A stretch of 64,000 nucleotides of DNA from Ferruginibacter sp. GTDB lineage: Bacteria; Bacteroidota; Bacteroidia; Chitinophagales; Chitinophagaceae. How positions within the stretch are numbered: the stretch's first letter is position 1; every line of letters starts with the position of its first letter. Of this stretch, positions 49,814 through 60,285 are shown piece after piece. A program made the position numbers and the translations under genes. The notes below the pieces were generated by a model. The model was not told the DNA's origin and searched no databases. It saw only the letters and a list, made by a program, of their open reading frames with translations. The stretch covers positions 756-64,755 of the forward strand of contig JBDTUK010000121.1 of assembly GCA_040007795.1 (NCBI GenBank), written 5' to 3'.

Positions 49814-50329
49814 TTATCTCCCAAAATCATCTTGCACCCTAACAATATCTTCTTCGTCACTGGGGTTTTTTGTATCGGTATGTCGCCATATTTCAGCAAC
49901 AATACCCCAGTTATTCAAACCAATCAATCTGTGTCGCTCGCCCTGTCTTAATTGAATAATATCACCAATATTTAAATGTTTGGTTTCTTTTTCTTCATCG
50001 GTATCGCTGGTTGCCACAGCGGCTGTTCCACCAATAAGTTTCCAGATTTCAGCTCTGCGGTTATGGTACTGCCAGCTTAATCTCTTTTCAGGCGCTACTA
50101 TTAAAATTTTGGGGCTCAGTTTACCGGAAATATTTAGTTTTTCTTTTGTAAAACCAGAAAAATACAGGTTTATAAATTTTTCTGCTTCGGCTTCTTCAAT
50201 AACAAAAAAACCACCCCAGGGCCGGGTATTATCCTGTTTACTAATTTTTAAATTTTTAAGATGCAGGTATTCTGTAACATGCTCAAAAATTAATTCCTTT
50301 GGAGTATTTTCTTTAAAATTCAGGCTCAT
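49814..50329 (-). CDS. Cupin, mannose-6-phosphate isomerase type II C-terminal-like
   Basis: RPWGGF, LSWQYHNRRAEIW, GERHRL, EEDIVRVQDDFGR. Confidence 0.85.
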   Translation of the reverse strand: MSLNFKENTPKELIFEHVTEYLHLKNLKISKQDNTRPWGGFFVIEEAEAEKFINLYFSGFTKEKLNISGKLSPKILIVAPEKRLSWQYHNRRAEIWKLIGGTAAVATSDTDEEKETKHLNIGDIIQLRQGERHRLIGLNNWGIVAEIWRHTDTKNPSDEEDIVRVQDDFGR

Positions 50330-50340
50330 ACGTTTTAATT

Positions 50341-52209
50341 TTAGCGACCCATAAAAACCATTAATATTTGTACATCGCTTGGGTTAACTCCCGAAATGCG
50401 GGAAGCCTGTCCCAAAGTTCTGGGTTTTATTTTTGTAAATTTCTGACGGGCTTCGTTACTGAGTGAAATCAGTTTTTCATAATTAAAATTATCTGGAATA
50501 ATCAGATCTTCCAGCTGACTCATTTTAGAAACCAGTTCTTTTTCCTTTTCGATATAAGTATCGTACTTTATCTGTATCTCTGCCTGCTCCAGCGTTTCGT
50601 TATCAAAGCCTGCAAGTGCCTGTTTTACTTTAGGAATATATTTGATCATTTCATTCAGCCCGACCATTGGCCTGAGTAATACCTGCGCCGCTTTCTGTTT
50701 GATTAATAACGCAGATGATTGTACGCTTTCTAAAAAGCCCGCTGTTTCTTCCGGATCCAGGCTCAGTGAATTAAGTAGGTTTTTTATATTTTCTACATTT
50801 TTTCTTTTCTGTTTTACTTTATCCATTCTTTCCTGCGACGCCAGTCCAAGCCGGTAGCTTGTTTCTGTAAGCCGAAGATCTGCATTATCCTGCCTTAATA
50901 AAGTTCTGAATTCGGCACGACTGGTAAACATACGGTAAGGTTCGTCTGTTCCTTTGTTGATCAGGTCGTCAATCAATACACCAATATAAGCTTCGCTCCT
51001 TTTTAAAATTACTGGTTCTGATTTTCTGGTTTTTTGATGTGCATTAATTCCTGCCATTAAACCCTGGCAAGCCGCTTCCTCGTATCCGGTAGTTCCGTTA
51101 ATTTGTCCGGCAAAAAACAAATTGTTAATCAATTTAGTTTCAAGGCTGAATTTTAGCTGCGTTGGGGGGAAGAAGTCATACTCAATAGCATATCCCGGCC
51201 TAAACATTTTACAATTTTCGAAGCCAGTAACCATTCTAAGTGATTGATATTGAACACTTTCTGGTAAAGAGGTTGAAAACCCATTAACATATATTTCAAT
51301 AGTGTTATTTCCCTCTGGTTCTACAAATAACTGGTGACGGTCTCTCTGAGCAAACCTGCTTATTTTATCTTCTATACTGGGGCAATATCTTGGACCTGTT
51401 CCCTGTATACGCCCTTGATACATAGGGCTTTGTTCAAAACCAGTCTTTAAAAGTTCGTGTACTTTATCGTTTGTATAAGTTATCCAGCAGCTTTTTTGTT
51501 GTATTGGCTTTATCTTATCAATATCAAGGTAACTAAATCCCACAATTTCATCATCCCCCTTCTGTTCTTCCATTTTAGAATAATCAAGACTTCTTCCATC
51601 AATTCTGGGCGGTGTGCCGGTTTTTAACCTGTCTGTTTCAAATCCCAAAGAAACCAGTTGCTCAGTTATGCCTGTTGAGGCCTTTTCCGCCATTCTTCCC
51701 CCGCCAAAATTTTTCTCTCCTATATGTATAACCCCGTTTAAAAAAGTTCCGTTAGTTAAAACAACCGCTTTAGACCTGATCTGGTGCCCTAATCCCGTCG
51801 TTACACCAACCGCCATACCCTCTTCAATAATAAGGCCTTGCACTGTATCCTGATAAAAATCAACATTGGGCGTGTTTTCAAGCATTTCCCTCCAGATAGC
51901 AGCAAAAAGCATCCTGTCGCTCTGTACTCTTGGGCTCCACATGGCCGGGCCTTTTGACCGGTTCAACATTCTGAACTGTATCATACTTTTATCTGTAACA
52001 ATGCCACTGTAGCCGCCCATGGCATCAATTTCCCGTACAATTTGCCCTTTTGCTATACCGCCCATAGCGGGATTACAACTCATTTGGGCAATTGTTTGTA
52101 AATTCATGGTTATCAACAATACCTTGCTTCCAAGGTTTGCGGCAGCAGCGGCGGCCTCACATCCTGCATGACCAGCACCAACTACAATAATATCGTATTG
52201 GGGAAACAT
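50341..52209 (-). CDS. mnmG: tRNA uridine-5-carboxymethylaminomethyl modification enzyme MnmG (GidA)
   Basis: VGAGHAGCEA, MSCNPAMGG, GPRYCPSIEDK, AGQINGTTGYEEA; start set at ATG 52209. Confidence 0.97.
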   Translation of the reverse strand: MFPQYDIIVVGAGHAGCEAAAAAANLGSKVLLITMNLQTIAQMSCNPAMGGIAKGQIVREIDAMGGYSGIVTDKSMIQFRMLNRSKGPAMWSPRVQSDRMLFAAIWREMLENTPNVDFYQDTVQGLIIEEGMAVGVTTGLGHQIRSKAVVLTNGTFLNGVIHIGEKNFGGGRMAEKASTGITEQLVSLGFETDRLKTGTPPRIDGRSLDYSKMEEQKGDDEIVGFSYLDIDKIKPIQQKSCWITYTNDKVHELLKTGFEQSPMYQGRIQGTGPRYCPSIEDKISRFAQRDRHQLFVEPEGNNTIEIYVNGFSTSLPESVQYQSLRMVTGFENCKMFRPGYAIEYDFFPPTQLKFSLETKLINNLFFAGQINGTTGYEEAACQGLMAGINAHQKTRKSEPVILKRSEAYIGVLIDDLINKGTDEPYRMFTSRAEFRTLLRQDNADLRLTETSYRLGLASQERMDKVKQKRKNVENIKNLLNSLSLDPEETAGFLESVQSSALLIKQKAAQVLLRPMVGLNEMIKYIPKVKQALAGFDNETLEQAEIQIKYDTYIEKEKELVSKMSQLEDLIIPDNFNYEKLISLSNEARQKFTKIKPRTLGQASRISGVNPSDVQILMVFMGR

Positions 52210-52218
52210 CTTAAGTTG

Positions 52219-52226
52219 CAAAGATA
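52219..52226 (-). promoter_or_regulatory. Bacteroidota -7 promoter element for mnmG
   Basis: TATCTTTG on the minus strand, about 10 nt before the ATG. Confidence 0.5.
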
Positions 52227-52268
52227 GGGGTTCGATTTTTTGATTTTTCTATATTGTTAGTAGCCTCT

Positions 52269-52284
52269 TGTTCCACGTGAAACT
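52269..52284. promoter_or_regulatory. parS centromere-like site
   Basis: TGTTCCACGTGAAACT versus consensus TGTTtCACGTGAAACA; intergenic, next to mnmG. Confidence 0.85.
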
Positions 52285-52317
52285 TGTTAAGATTCTTTTA
52301 TGCTTAACTAATTCCAG

Positions 52318-52752
52318 TTAATCTTTAACATTAAAATACTCACTAAGGCACCTATTTTCTTTTTTTCTCATTCTTAATACTTCTACTATTTTTTTATCCT
52401 TATACCCACAAAGATGAAGAGTGCCATGAAAAATAACCCGATGTAACTCTTCTTTAAAAGAAACCCCTTCTTTATTTGCGTTATATACTACCCTATCTAT
52501 ACTTATATAAATTTCTGCTTCTATTGCACTGGGGGATTCCGATAAGTCGAAACTGATTACATCTGTATAATAGTTATGGTTTAAAAATTCTTTATTAATC
52601 TTAATTATATGATTATCAGAACAAAATATATAAGAAATACTTTTGGGGTTTAACTTTTCTTTTATGAATAAATTATAAATATAGTCCCTCAACCTATTTT
52701 TGTTGCTAAGCCTTGGGTTTCTATCGTAATCGAAAAACTGTATGATTTTCAT
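52318..52752 (-). CDS. ybeY: rRNA maturation endoribonuclease YbeY
   Basis: TDVISF, EIYIS, HGTLHLCGYKD. Confidence 0.9.
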   Translation of the reverse strand: MKIIQFFDYDRNPRLSNKNRLRDYIYNLFIKEKLNPKSISYIFCSDNHIIKINKEFLNHNYYTDVISFDLSESPSAIEAEIYISIDRVVYNANKEGVSFKEELHRVIFHGTLHLCGYKDKKIVEVLRMRKKENRCLSEYFNVKD

Positions 52753-52834
52753 TTGTTATTTTCTTATCTCGAAATTAGATAACAATATTGATTTGATACA
52801 TTTGTATTAACACCAAATTGGTGTATAATCTAAA

Positions 52835-53056
52835 ATGAAAAAAAGGCTATCAGAAATGCCAATTGGTTCGACGGCAATAATAAAAGAGTTTGAAAATGAT
52901 GATCTTTTTTTAAAGCTTATGGAAATGGGCTTCATTCCCGGCGAAACAGTTAAAGTTGATCAAATAGCTCCATTAGGTGATCCTGTTTCTATCAGCGTGG
53001 CCGGATATCATTTAAGCCTTCGGTTAGATGAAGCAGAAATGATATGGGTAGAATAG
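52835..53056 (+). CDS. feoA: FeoA-family protein
   Basis: LMEMGFIPG...APLGDP...LSLR. ATG AAA AAA AGG reads on the + strand at 52835, although the supplied track labels it minus. TACATTTG -7 element at 52797-52804. Confidence 0.88.
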   Translation: MKKRLSEMPIGSTAIIKEFENDDLFLKLMEMGFIPGETVKVDQIAPLGDPVSISVAGYHLSLRLDEAEMIWVE

Positions 53057-53104
53057 GTTTACATAAATGTTTTATTTTTGTATTGTATTTATTTTTAATG
53101 TTTT

Positions 53105-53698
53105 ATGAAGATTGGGCTTTATTTTGGTTCCTTCAACCCTGTTCACATCGGGCATTTAATAATTGCAAATTTTGCGATTTCCTTTTCCGATTTAAACCAG
53201 GTATGGTTTGTTGTATCCCCTCAAAACCCTTTTAAAGAATCGGCAGGCTTGTTGAATGAATACCACCGTCTACATTTGGTTAAATCTGCTATCGATGGCG
53301 AAAAAAATTTAAAAACAAGTAATGTGGAGTTTCATTTACCCAAACCTTCTTACACTGTTGATAGCTTATCATATTTAAAAGAAAAATTTCCAGAACACGA
53401 ATTCTCTCTTTTAATGGGCAGTGATGGTTTTCAGAATATTACAAAATGGAAAAATTATGAAATTATCGTAAAAAATCATTTCTTTTATATTTACAAAAGG
53501 CCAGGGTTTGATATCAAAGAAACATATGGTGCAAATATACACATCCTCAAGGCCCCATTACTTGAAATATCTTCTACCTTCATTCGGAATCTTATTAAAG
53601 AAAAGAAATCTATCCGATTTTTTGTACCCGATATTGTTAAAGAAGAAATTGATAAATGGGGGTATTATCGTATGCAATTAAAAGATCCACCCAATTAA
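53105..53698 (+). CDS. nadD: Nicotinate-nucleotide adenylyltransferase
   Basis: [28 protein letters not shown]. Confidence 0.95.
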   Translation: MKIGLYFGSFNPVHIGHLIIANFAISFSDLNQVWFVVSPQNPFKESAGLLNEYHRLHLVKSAIDGEKNLKTSNVEFHLPKPSYTVDSLSYLKEKFPEHEFSLLMGSDGFQNITKWKNYEIIVKNHFFYIYKRPGFDIKETYGANIHILKAPLLEISSTFIRNLIKEKKSIRFFVPDIVKEEIDKWGYYRMQLKDPPN

Positions 53699-54931
53699 CA
53701 AACAAAACAAAACAATGAATGGGGGGGGGGTTTTTGAAAGCTGTAGAATTAGAAAAGTTCCAACGATAACGATAATATTCAATAGACTAACGGTATTAAA
53801 AGAAGCAATCGTAATATCTTTTACTAAGTAAAGAGTCGCTGCAATCATAATCCCTACTACAGCTGCGTTAATTCCTTCTAGTGACCTGAAAACAACAACG
53901 AATTTTTTCAGTTGTTGCCAAACGGGAAAAAAAAACAACACTAGTAGTGCACTTGGAAGAAATATGGCTATTGATCCGATTATACAGCCCAGCAACTGTA
54001 CTTTTTGGCCTTCTTTTTTTAGGGCTATTCCTCCTACAAATGAAGCAATCGAAAATACCGGGCCTGGTATTGCCCTTACCATCCCTGCGCCAGTTAATAA
54101 TTCTTCTTTTTCAATCTTTATGATATCTGGGTTTTTCTTTACAACATTTTCAGAAGTAGGTCTCACAACATATTGATCTAACATTAATGGAATTAAAACA
54201 TCCCCTCCTCCAAAAACAAAACTTCCGAAACGGTAAAAATTTTCAAATAAATTATACGATTTTTTATTCTCCCAATTTTGTTTTCTTGCTGTTTCACTTA
54301 AAAACCCAGCTACTGCGAAAATTAAAACAAAAAGCCAGATATTTGTCCATCGTATTTGTTTTGGCCTTATGACCTCCTTTTCGGGAATACGTTTATTACT
54401 AAAGTTTGTCACAACCCCTCCCAGTATAATTAAAACAGGAATTATCCATGGGGTTTTAAAAAGGAAATATGTGCCTACCAAGGCAAATAACATAATAATT
54501 CTTGTAATTAAATTCTTAATGCTTAACTGAAATGCTTTAAATGCTGCATATGCCAAAAAACCAATGGCCATTGGTTGAATAAACTGGAAAAGGCTTGTTT
54601 GGATATTTTCTTTTCGTATACCTCCTACAATAAAAGATAAGCCCCCCATTAATACACAAGCCGGTACTATCCAGATGATAAGAGTAAAAATTGCAAGCTT
54701 TACTCCTCCACGTTTATAGCCAATAAGCGTAAGTGTTTGTGTCGACGATGCTCCAGGTAAAAGCTGGCAGAAAGAAATATATTCCATTAGCTCCTCTTTC
54801 GTCAAATCTCTTCGGCGCTCCACAAATGTTTTTAGAACCATTCCAACGTGGCCTTGTGGGCCGCCAAATGCAGAAATACTATGTAAAAACACAGCCTTTA
54901 AAAACGGAATATGCCGCAGTAACTTATTCAA
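53678..54931 (-). CDS. chrA: Chromate efflux transporter (CHR family)
   Basis: [32 protein letters not shown]. Confidence 0.88.
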   Translation of the reverse strand: MNKLLRHIPFLKAVFLHSISAFGGPQGHVGMVLKTFVERRRDLTKEELMEYISFCQLLPGASSTQTLTLIGYKRGGVKLAIFTLIIWIVPACVLMGGLSFIVGGIRKENIQTSLFQFIQPMAIGFLAYAAFKAFQLSIKNLITRIIMLFALVGTYFLFKTPWIIPVLIILGGVVTNFSNKRIPEKEVIRPKQIRWTNIWLFVLIFAVAGFLSETARKQNWENKKSYNLFENFYRFGSFVFGGGDVLIPLMLDQYVVRPTSENVVKKNPDIIKIEKEELLTGAGMVRAIPGPVFSIASFVGGIALKKEGQKVQLLGCIIGSIAIFLPSALLVLFFFPVWQQLKKFVVVFRSLEGINAAVVGIMIAATLYLVKDITIASFNTVSLLNIIVIVGTFLILQLSKTPPPFIVLFCLLIGWIF

Positions 54932-55037
54932 AAAGAAAATTTATAGTTATTTATTTTGATTGTTCTGTTTTACTTAAATTTCATTAGCTCGCACATTCTC
55001 TCAGATATCTTTATATTTATTTCTTACGAATGTAGTT

Positions 55038-55326
55038 TTGATTATCAAAAAATACAAAATAACTTTTTTACCCAGAAATCTTCTGTGTTGCAGTTTGATC
55101 ACTTTGTTTTATGTTTCCAGTTCAAAAGGCAATTATTCCACTAATTCTGAATGTCAATTTAATAGGAAAACAAATCTACCTGATTACAGTAATCTTAACT
55201 TTTGGGCAGCTTTTATATACTATTTTACAGAATTATAATAATAACAGACCAATCATTATAGCGTCCCATAACCAGGACGAAAAACATGCGGCGAGCTTAA
55301 TAAAATAGTTTTTTGACGGTAAGCAG
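55038..55326 (+). pseudogene. Decayed DUF3089-like alpha/beta-hydrolase remnant
   Basis: LPDYSNLNFWAA joined to AFIYY, a frameshift into LQNYNNNRPIIIASHNQD, then an in-frame TAG before FFDGK. Confidence 0.65.
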
Positions 55327-55455
55327 ACGTTCCGGGAAAGATATTTTTACCCGTAAAATTACCATGTTAGTGATATCAATTTATTCTACATGCATATCAG
55401 AGCAAATATTGCAGCCCGAATTAATGCATTTTTAAAAAGCTTACTGAAATAAATT

Positions 55456-55980
55456 TTAATCGTATGTATATGTTACAACAGTTTTTATTATTTGGTTTCC
55501 ATACTCTTTTAAAGCATACTCCCTTAGATTTTTATACGTTGAAAATCCTGTTATAAAACCCATGTTTGATATCTTTTTCCATTCTTCGTTTTCGTATCTA
55601 TATTTTTGAACCAGATATTTTATACTATCAACTGAATAATTTCCTGAAAATTCAACTCTTATTTTTTTTGAGCCTGCTTTTATTGGTTTACCAATCTCTC
55701 CGGTATTTTTAAAATAATGCATATCCGGATAATTCTCTGTTATGTAGTTTAAAGAAATAATTTCCAATTTATCGTTTTTATAAAATGATACCTTTCCATT
55801 TATATTAGCCGAAATAAACTCCTTTAAACTATCATTAAAATTTATCAGTTCCACATAATAAGTGTTATTTCTGTTTGCTTTTTCTTCTTCAGTACAGCTA
55901 TAAAAAGAAAATAATAATAAACTAATCGTTAAGCTACGTTTTTTTATTATATAAAAAATATTACAATCCATATTGAGCAC
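55456..55980 (-). CDS. Hypothetical protein, probable lipoprotein
   Basis: Hydrophobic stretch ending FYSC then TEEEK; start codon uncertain; overlaps the nadA stop. Confidence 0.6.
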   Translation of the reverse strand: MLNMDCNIFYIIKKRSLTISLLLFSFYSCTEEEKANRNNTYYVELINFNDSLKEFISANINGKVSFYKNDKLEIISLNYITENYPDMHYFKNTGEIGKPIKAGSKKIRVEFSGNYSVDSIKYLVQKYRYENEEWKKISNMGFITGFSTYKNLREYALKEYGNQIIKTVVTYTYD

Positions 55981-56965
55981 TAATTTTTAACATCCTATCA
56001 ATTGGTTTCTTTGCGGCCAACCGTAAAGACTCTTCCATTTGAATTTCCGGTAGCTCATACTTTAAACATAAATATAATTTTTCAAGGGTGTTTAATTTCA
56101 TGTGCGGACAATCATTACAAGCACAACTATTATTGGGGGGTGCCGGAATAAAGATTTTATCCGGATTATATTTTTGCATTTGATGTAAAATCCCTGTTTC
56201 GGTTGCAACAATAAATTCCTGGGTTTCACTTATTTTAGTGTAATTCAATAATCCGGTAGTGCTTCCAATAAAATCAGCAAGAGCTAAAATTGCCGCTTCA
56301 CATTCCGGATGTGCAATTACCTTAGCTTTTGGATGACGTATTTTTAATTTTGTTATTTTTTCTAAACTAAAAATCTCATGAACCATACAGGCACCATTCC
56401 ATAAGACCATCTTTCTTCCCGTCTGTTTGTTGATATAAGCCCCAAGGTTCTTATCTGGTGCAAAAATGATAGGTTGGTCTGCCGGTAAGCTTTCAACTAT
56501 TTTTTGGGCATTAGAAGATGTACAGATGATATCACTCAATGCTTTAATTCCTGCAGAACAATTAATGTATGTAATAACAATATGCTCCGGGTATTTTTCC
56601 TTAAATAATTTAAATAGTACCGGCGGCGCCGAGTCACTTAAAGAACATCCAGCTTTTAAGTCAGGTAATAATACTTTTTTAGAAGGATTCAGAATTTTTG
56701 CAGTTTCGGCCATAAAGTGAACTCCTGCAAAAACTATCATATCAGCATTTGTATTCTCTGCCTTTTGTGCAAGCCCTAAACTATCACCTATATAATCAGC
56801 AACATCCTGTATATCCGGCTCCTGGTAATAATGCGCTAAAATGATTGCTTTCTTTTCTTTCTTCATCGATTCTATCTCAGCAAACAGATCAAGGTTAGGA
56901 TCAATATTCACATCCAAAAACCCTGTGGCTTCAATAGATGCTTTTGCAATGTTAATATCTACCAT
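55961..56965 (-). CDS. nadA: Quinolinate synthase
   Basis: ILAHYYQ, GDSL, GVHFMAE, AGCSL, CMVHE, AHPEC, CPHMK. Confidence 0.95.
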   Translation of the reverse strand: MVDINIAKASIEATGFLDVNIDPNLDLFAEIESMKKEKKAIILAHYYQEPDIQDVADYIGDSLGLAQKAENTNADMIVFAGVHFMAETAKILNPSKKVLLPDLKAGCSLSDSAPPVLFKLFKEKYPEHIVITYINCSAGIKALSDIICTSSNAQKIVESLPADQPIIFAPDKNLGAYINKQTGRKMVLWNGACMVHEIFSLEKITKLKIRHPKAKVIAHPECEAAILALADFIGSTTGLLNYTKISETQEFIVATETGILHQMQKYNPDKIFIPAPPNNSCACNDCPHMKLNTLEKLYLCLKYELPEIQMEESLRLAAKKPIDRMLKISAQYGL

Positions 56966-57559
56966 AATATGTATTAATACTATTTATTTATATAATCATC
57001 TATTACTACTAGGACTGTTAATTTGTGGATAGAATAATTAATCAGTCTGTTACAAAATTAAAACCTTTAACTTATTAACGCTCATCCACAGGTAATTAAC
57101 ATTTAAATATTTGAATTAATAATTAAAATAATCAACATTGGTAATCTATACGTTAAATTATTTTAGTTTTATAAACACTGGTTAATAATTATTAAAGGGG
57201 AAAGAAAAAGGTAATATTATAAATTAAACCCTGTTAATACTAATTGTATAAATGACCAGTTTGTACCACAAAAAAGTAAGATAACGAAGGTTACCTGAAC
57301 ATTTACTCATTTTACGCATACTTTTAAGATTTAAATTATGCAGTTACCAACAGTAAATAAGGTTTATTAACAAGTATATGTTTAAAACCTGAAATATGGA
57401 TAAATAAGTATTATTTAGGTAGAATAACAAAACAACAACAAACCTCATATTACATGTTAAGTATCTATTTTAAGGGGTTTAACCACCTTAAAATACCTAA
57501 TCTATCTAATTTTACCCTATTTTTGCCCTCCATTTTAATTTTATTAATTAATAACAGAT
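56966..57559. other. Candidate chromosomal replication origin (oriC)
   Basis: AT-rich gene-free region with TGTGGATAG (57024-57032), TCATCCACA (57082-57090), several TTATTAACA-like 9-mers and a trio-like run TAT TAC TAC TAG (57001-57012); parS and mnmG about 5 kb away. Confidence 0.7.
57518..57525 (+). promoter_or_regulatory. Bacteroidota -7 promoter element
   Basis: TATTTTTG 34 nt before the ATG at 57560. Confidence 0.5.
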
Positions 57560-59695
57560 ATGCAAATTATTCAGGGGATTCGTGAAAAAGGTGCTGCAAT
57601 TGTAATTGTAGTAATATCATTAAGCTTAATAGGTTTTATATTAATGGATGCCAAACAGGGTAGTAATAACATGTTTAGTTCCGCATCTGGCAGTATAGGT
57701 AAAGTAAACGGAAAAACAATTGAGCTGGAAGAGTTTAATAAGAAAGTAAAAGTAATTGAGGCCCAGGAAGAACAACAATCCGGATCTAAAGTGACCACAC
57801 CCCGGTCTGCACAAATACGTGACCAGGTTTGGAATCAAATGACTGTAGAAAGAATATTTTACGAAGAGGCTGCAAAACTGGGAATTGATTTTACTTCAAA
57901 AGAACTTAACGCTATACTAACCAGCAACGACCCCTCCAACCCACTCATGCAGGATAAACAAATGGTAGACCCTGCAACAGGAATGCTGGATATGAGTAAG
58001 GTAAGCCAGGCTATTAATAATATAAAGAAAATGACAGGCGAACGAAGAGATATGATTGATGCCCAGGTAATAGAACCGCAAAAAATTGCCAGTGTATCTA
58101 CAAAATATCTGGCCCTTTTAAATGCAAGCGCTTATTACCCCACCTGGATGGAAGAAAAGGATATAACAGAAAATAAAAGCTTTGCCAACATAAGTTATGT
58201 TGCAATTCCATATAATATTATCAGCGACAGCACCATTAAAGTAAGTGGTGCAGAGATTGAAAAGTATGTACAAAAGAATAAAGACTTATTTAAGCAGGAA
58301 GAGGGCAGGATGATTTCTTATGTTGCTTTCAGTCAATTACCCAACGCAGTTGACAGTGCAAGAACAAAAGCTGTAATTGAATCTTTAAAAACAGAATTTA
58401 CCAATGAAACTAATGTAAAAAGTTTTTTAGCAAGAAATACTTCAGCCATAGAATTTGATACTAACTATCAGCCGAAATCAAAAATTACCAGTATAGCTAT
58501 TGATACAATTATAAAATTCTCTGTAGGAACAGTATACGGGCCTTATGTAGATAAAGGAAGTTATGTATTGGCAAAAGTACTGGGAGGTAAAACATTTCCT
58601 GATAGCTTAAGAGCCAGGCATATATTAGTCCCAACAACTGATCCACAAACAGGCAAGCAACTTATGGAAGATAGTATCGGAAAGAAAAAAGCCGATAGTA
58701 TTTTAGCTGCAATAAAAGCTGGAGCTGATTTTGGGGTAATGGCTAAGGAATTTGGAACTGATGGAACAAAAGATAAAGGAGGTGATTTGGGTTTCTTTGG
58801 ATACAGTGCGCCAATGGTAGAGGAATTTAACATGGCTCTTTTTGGTAAACCGGTTGGAACACTAGAAGTAATAAGAACAAGATTTGGGTATCATGTTATA
58901 GAATTGACATCTGAAAAAGGAAGTCAACCTACTTATAAAATTGGCTTCATGGCTAAAGAAATACTGGCCAGTGAGGAAACAATCAATAAAGCCAGCCTTG
59001 AAGCAACTAAACTTTCTGCAGAAAAAGATACTAAAAACTTTGATGCCTATTTGAAGAAGAATGGATTACAAAAAATAACAAACCCGGGCATAATAAAAGA
59101 GAACGATGCACAGGTTGGACAATTGCAGGATGCAAGACAATTGGTGCGTTGGGTATTTGGCGCAAAAAAAGGAGAGGTTAGTGACCCTTACAGCATCGGT
59201 GATCAGTTTGTTGTAGCTATCGTAGATAAGATACAGGAAGAAGGAACACAGGATACAGCTACAGCAAGGCCAATGGCTGAAGGAGCGATCAGAGACGAGA
59301 AGAAAACCGCAGAAATACTAAAAAAACTGAATGGTAAAACAACATTGGAAAGCGTTGCTGCTGTTTATGGCAAAGAAGTATTAACGGCAGGGCAGGATTC
59401 ATCAATTATATTTAAGAGCCAGATAATTAATGGTATTGGTAATGAGCCTAAATTAATAGGAGCAAGCTTTAATAAAGCCAATATGAATAAAGTTTCTGAA
59501 CCCATTGCAGGTAAAACAGGAGTTTATGTTTTTAAATTAAACAGCATTGCAGGCAAAGCTGCGAACACACCGGAAGAAACAGCGCAATTCAGAATTCAAC
59601 AGATAAATACATTACGGGGCCAGGTTACGGGAAACTGGTTTGAAGGACTTCGTAAAAAAGCGACTATAAAAGACAACAGAAGTAAGTTCTATTAA
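57560..59695 (+). CDS. PpiD/SurA-like periplasmic peptidyl-prolyl isomerase chaperone
   Basis: N-terminal TM anchor, SurA-N-like region, parvulin motifs ARHIL, KGGDLG, TRFGYHVI. Confidence 0.9.
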   Translation: MQIIQGIREKGAAIVIVVISLSLIGFILMDAKQGSNNMFSSASGSIGKVNGKTIELEEFNKKVKVIEAQEEQQSGSKVTTPRSAQIRDQVWNQMTVERIFYEEAAKLGIDFTSKELNAILTSNDPSNPLMQDKQMVDPATGMLDMSKVSQAINNIKKMTGERRDMIDAQVIEPQKIASVSTKYLALLNASAYYPTWMEEKDITENKSFANISYVAIPYNIISDSTIKVSGAEIEKYVQKNKDLFKQEEGRMISYVAFSQLPNAVDSARTKAVIESLKTEFTNETNVKSFLARNTSAIEFDTNYQPKSKITSIAIDTIIKFSVGTVYGPYVDKGSYVLAKVLGGKTFPDSLRARHILVPTTDPQTGKQLMEDSIGKKKADSILAAIKAGADFGVMAKEFGTDGTKDKGGDLGFFGYSAPMVEEFNMALFGKPVGTLEVIRTRFGYHVIELTSEKGSQPTYKIGFMAKEILASEETINKASLEATKLSAEKDTKNFDAYLKKNGLQKITNPGIIKENDAQVGQLQDARQLVRWVFGAKKGEVSDPYSIGDQFVVAIVDKIQEEGTQDTATARPMAEGAIRDEKKTAEILKKLNGKTTLESVAAVYGKEVLTAGQDSSIIFKSQIINGIGNEPKLIGASFNKANMNKVSEPIAGKTGVYVFKLNSIAGKAANTPEETAQFRIQQINTLRGQVTGNWFEGLRKKATIKDNRSKFY

Positions 59696-59715
59696 TAAAA
59701 TTTTTACCAAATTAG

Positions 59716-59747
59716 AAAACGGCTGCCACAAAAGTGGTGGCCGTTTT
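59716..59747 (+). terminator. Intrinsic terminator
   Basis: AAAACGGCTGCCAC-AAAA-GTGGTGGCCGTTTT. Confidence 0.7.
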
Positions 59748-59763
59748 GTTTTATCTTTACAGG

Positions 59764-60285
59764 ATGGACGAAGTAATTGTAAATAAAGTATCTGAAAGCG
59801 GCCTTATTACTCTCGACCTGGAGGAGTATTACCCAAAAGAAGAGGTAGCTGTATTTGATATGAAAGATTACCTGTTCATGGGACTTATACTTAAGGAAAA
59901 AGAATTCAGGGAAACAATGAAAAGCCTGGATTTAACTCCATATAAAGAAAAGAACGTAGCGCTTACGTGTTCAGCTGATGCCATCATACCCATGTGGGCA
60001 TATATGCTTGCAGCAAGTTATCTGGAGCCTGTGGCCAATGAAGTTGTTTTTGGCGATGAAGAGTTCTTACACAAAACACTTTTCTTAAAAAATATTTCAA
60101 AAATTAATGCTTCAGATTACGATGATAAAAGAGTAGTGGTAAAAGGCTGCGGAGATTTACCTATTTCCGAAACAGCCTATGTTGCTATCACCAGCCTGTT
60201 AAGGCCTGTGGTAAAAAGTATTATGTATGGAGAGCCATGCAGCACGGTACCAATTTATAAAAAACCCAAAACAACGGAAGTTTAA
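59764..60285 (+). CDS. DUF2480-family protein
   Basis: IVNKVSESGLITLDLE, LILKEKEFR, DAIIPMWAYML, KGCG, SIMYGEPCSTVP. Confidence 0.85.
   Translation: MDEVIVNKVSESGLITLDLEEYYPKEEVAVFDMKDYLFMGLILKEKEFRETMKSLDLTPYKEKNVALTCSADAIIPMWAYMLAASYLEPVANEVVFGDEEFLHKTLFLKNISKINASDYDDKRVVVKGCGDLPISETAYVAITSLLRPVVKSIMYGEPCSTVPIYKKPKTTEV

Noticed and set aside
52835-53056. ORF track label placing the FeoA-like ORF on the minus strand
   Set aside because: The listed protein translates directly from the plus strand starting at ATG 52835.
53721-53730. G10 homopolymer in chrA as a phase-variation switch
   Set aside because: It is in frame (TPPP), lies about 14 codons from the C-terminus and is explained by Pro codons; there is no evidence of slippage.
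52300-57559. Very AT-rich stretch as a horizontally acquired island
   Set aside because: It holds housekeeping genes (ybeY, nadD, nadA), parS nearby and the oriC candidate, with no mobility genes.
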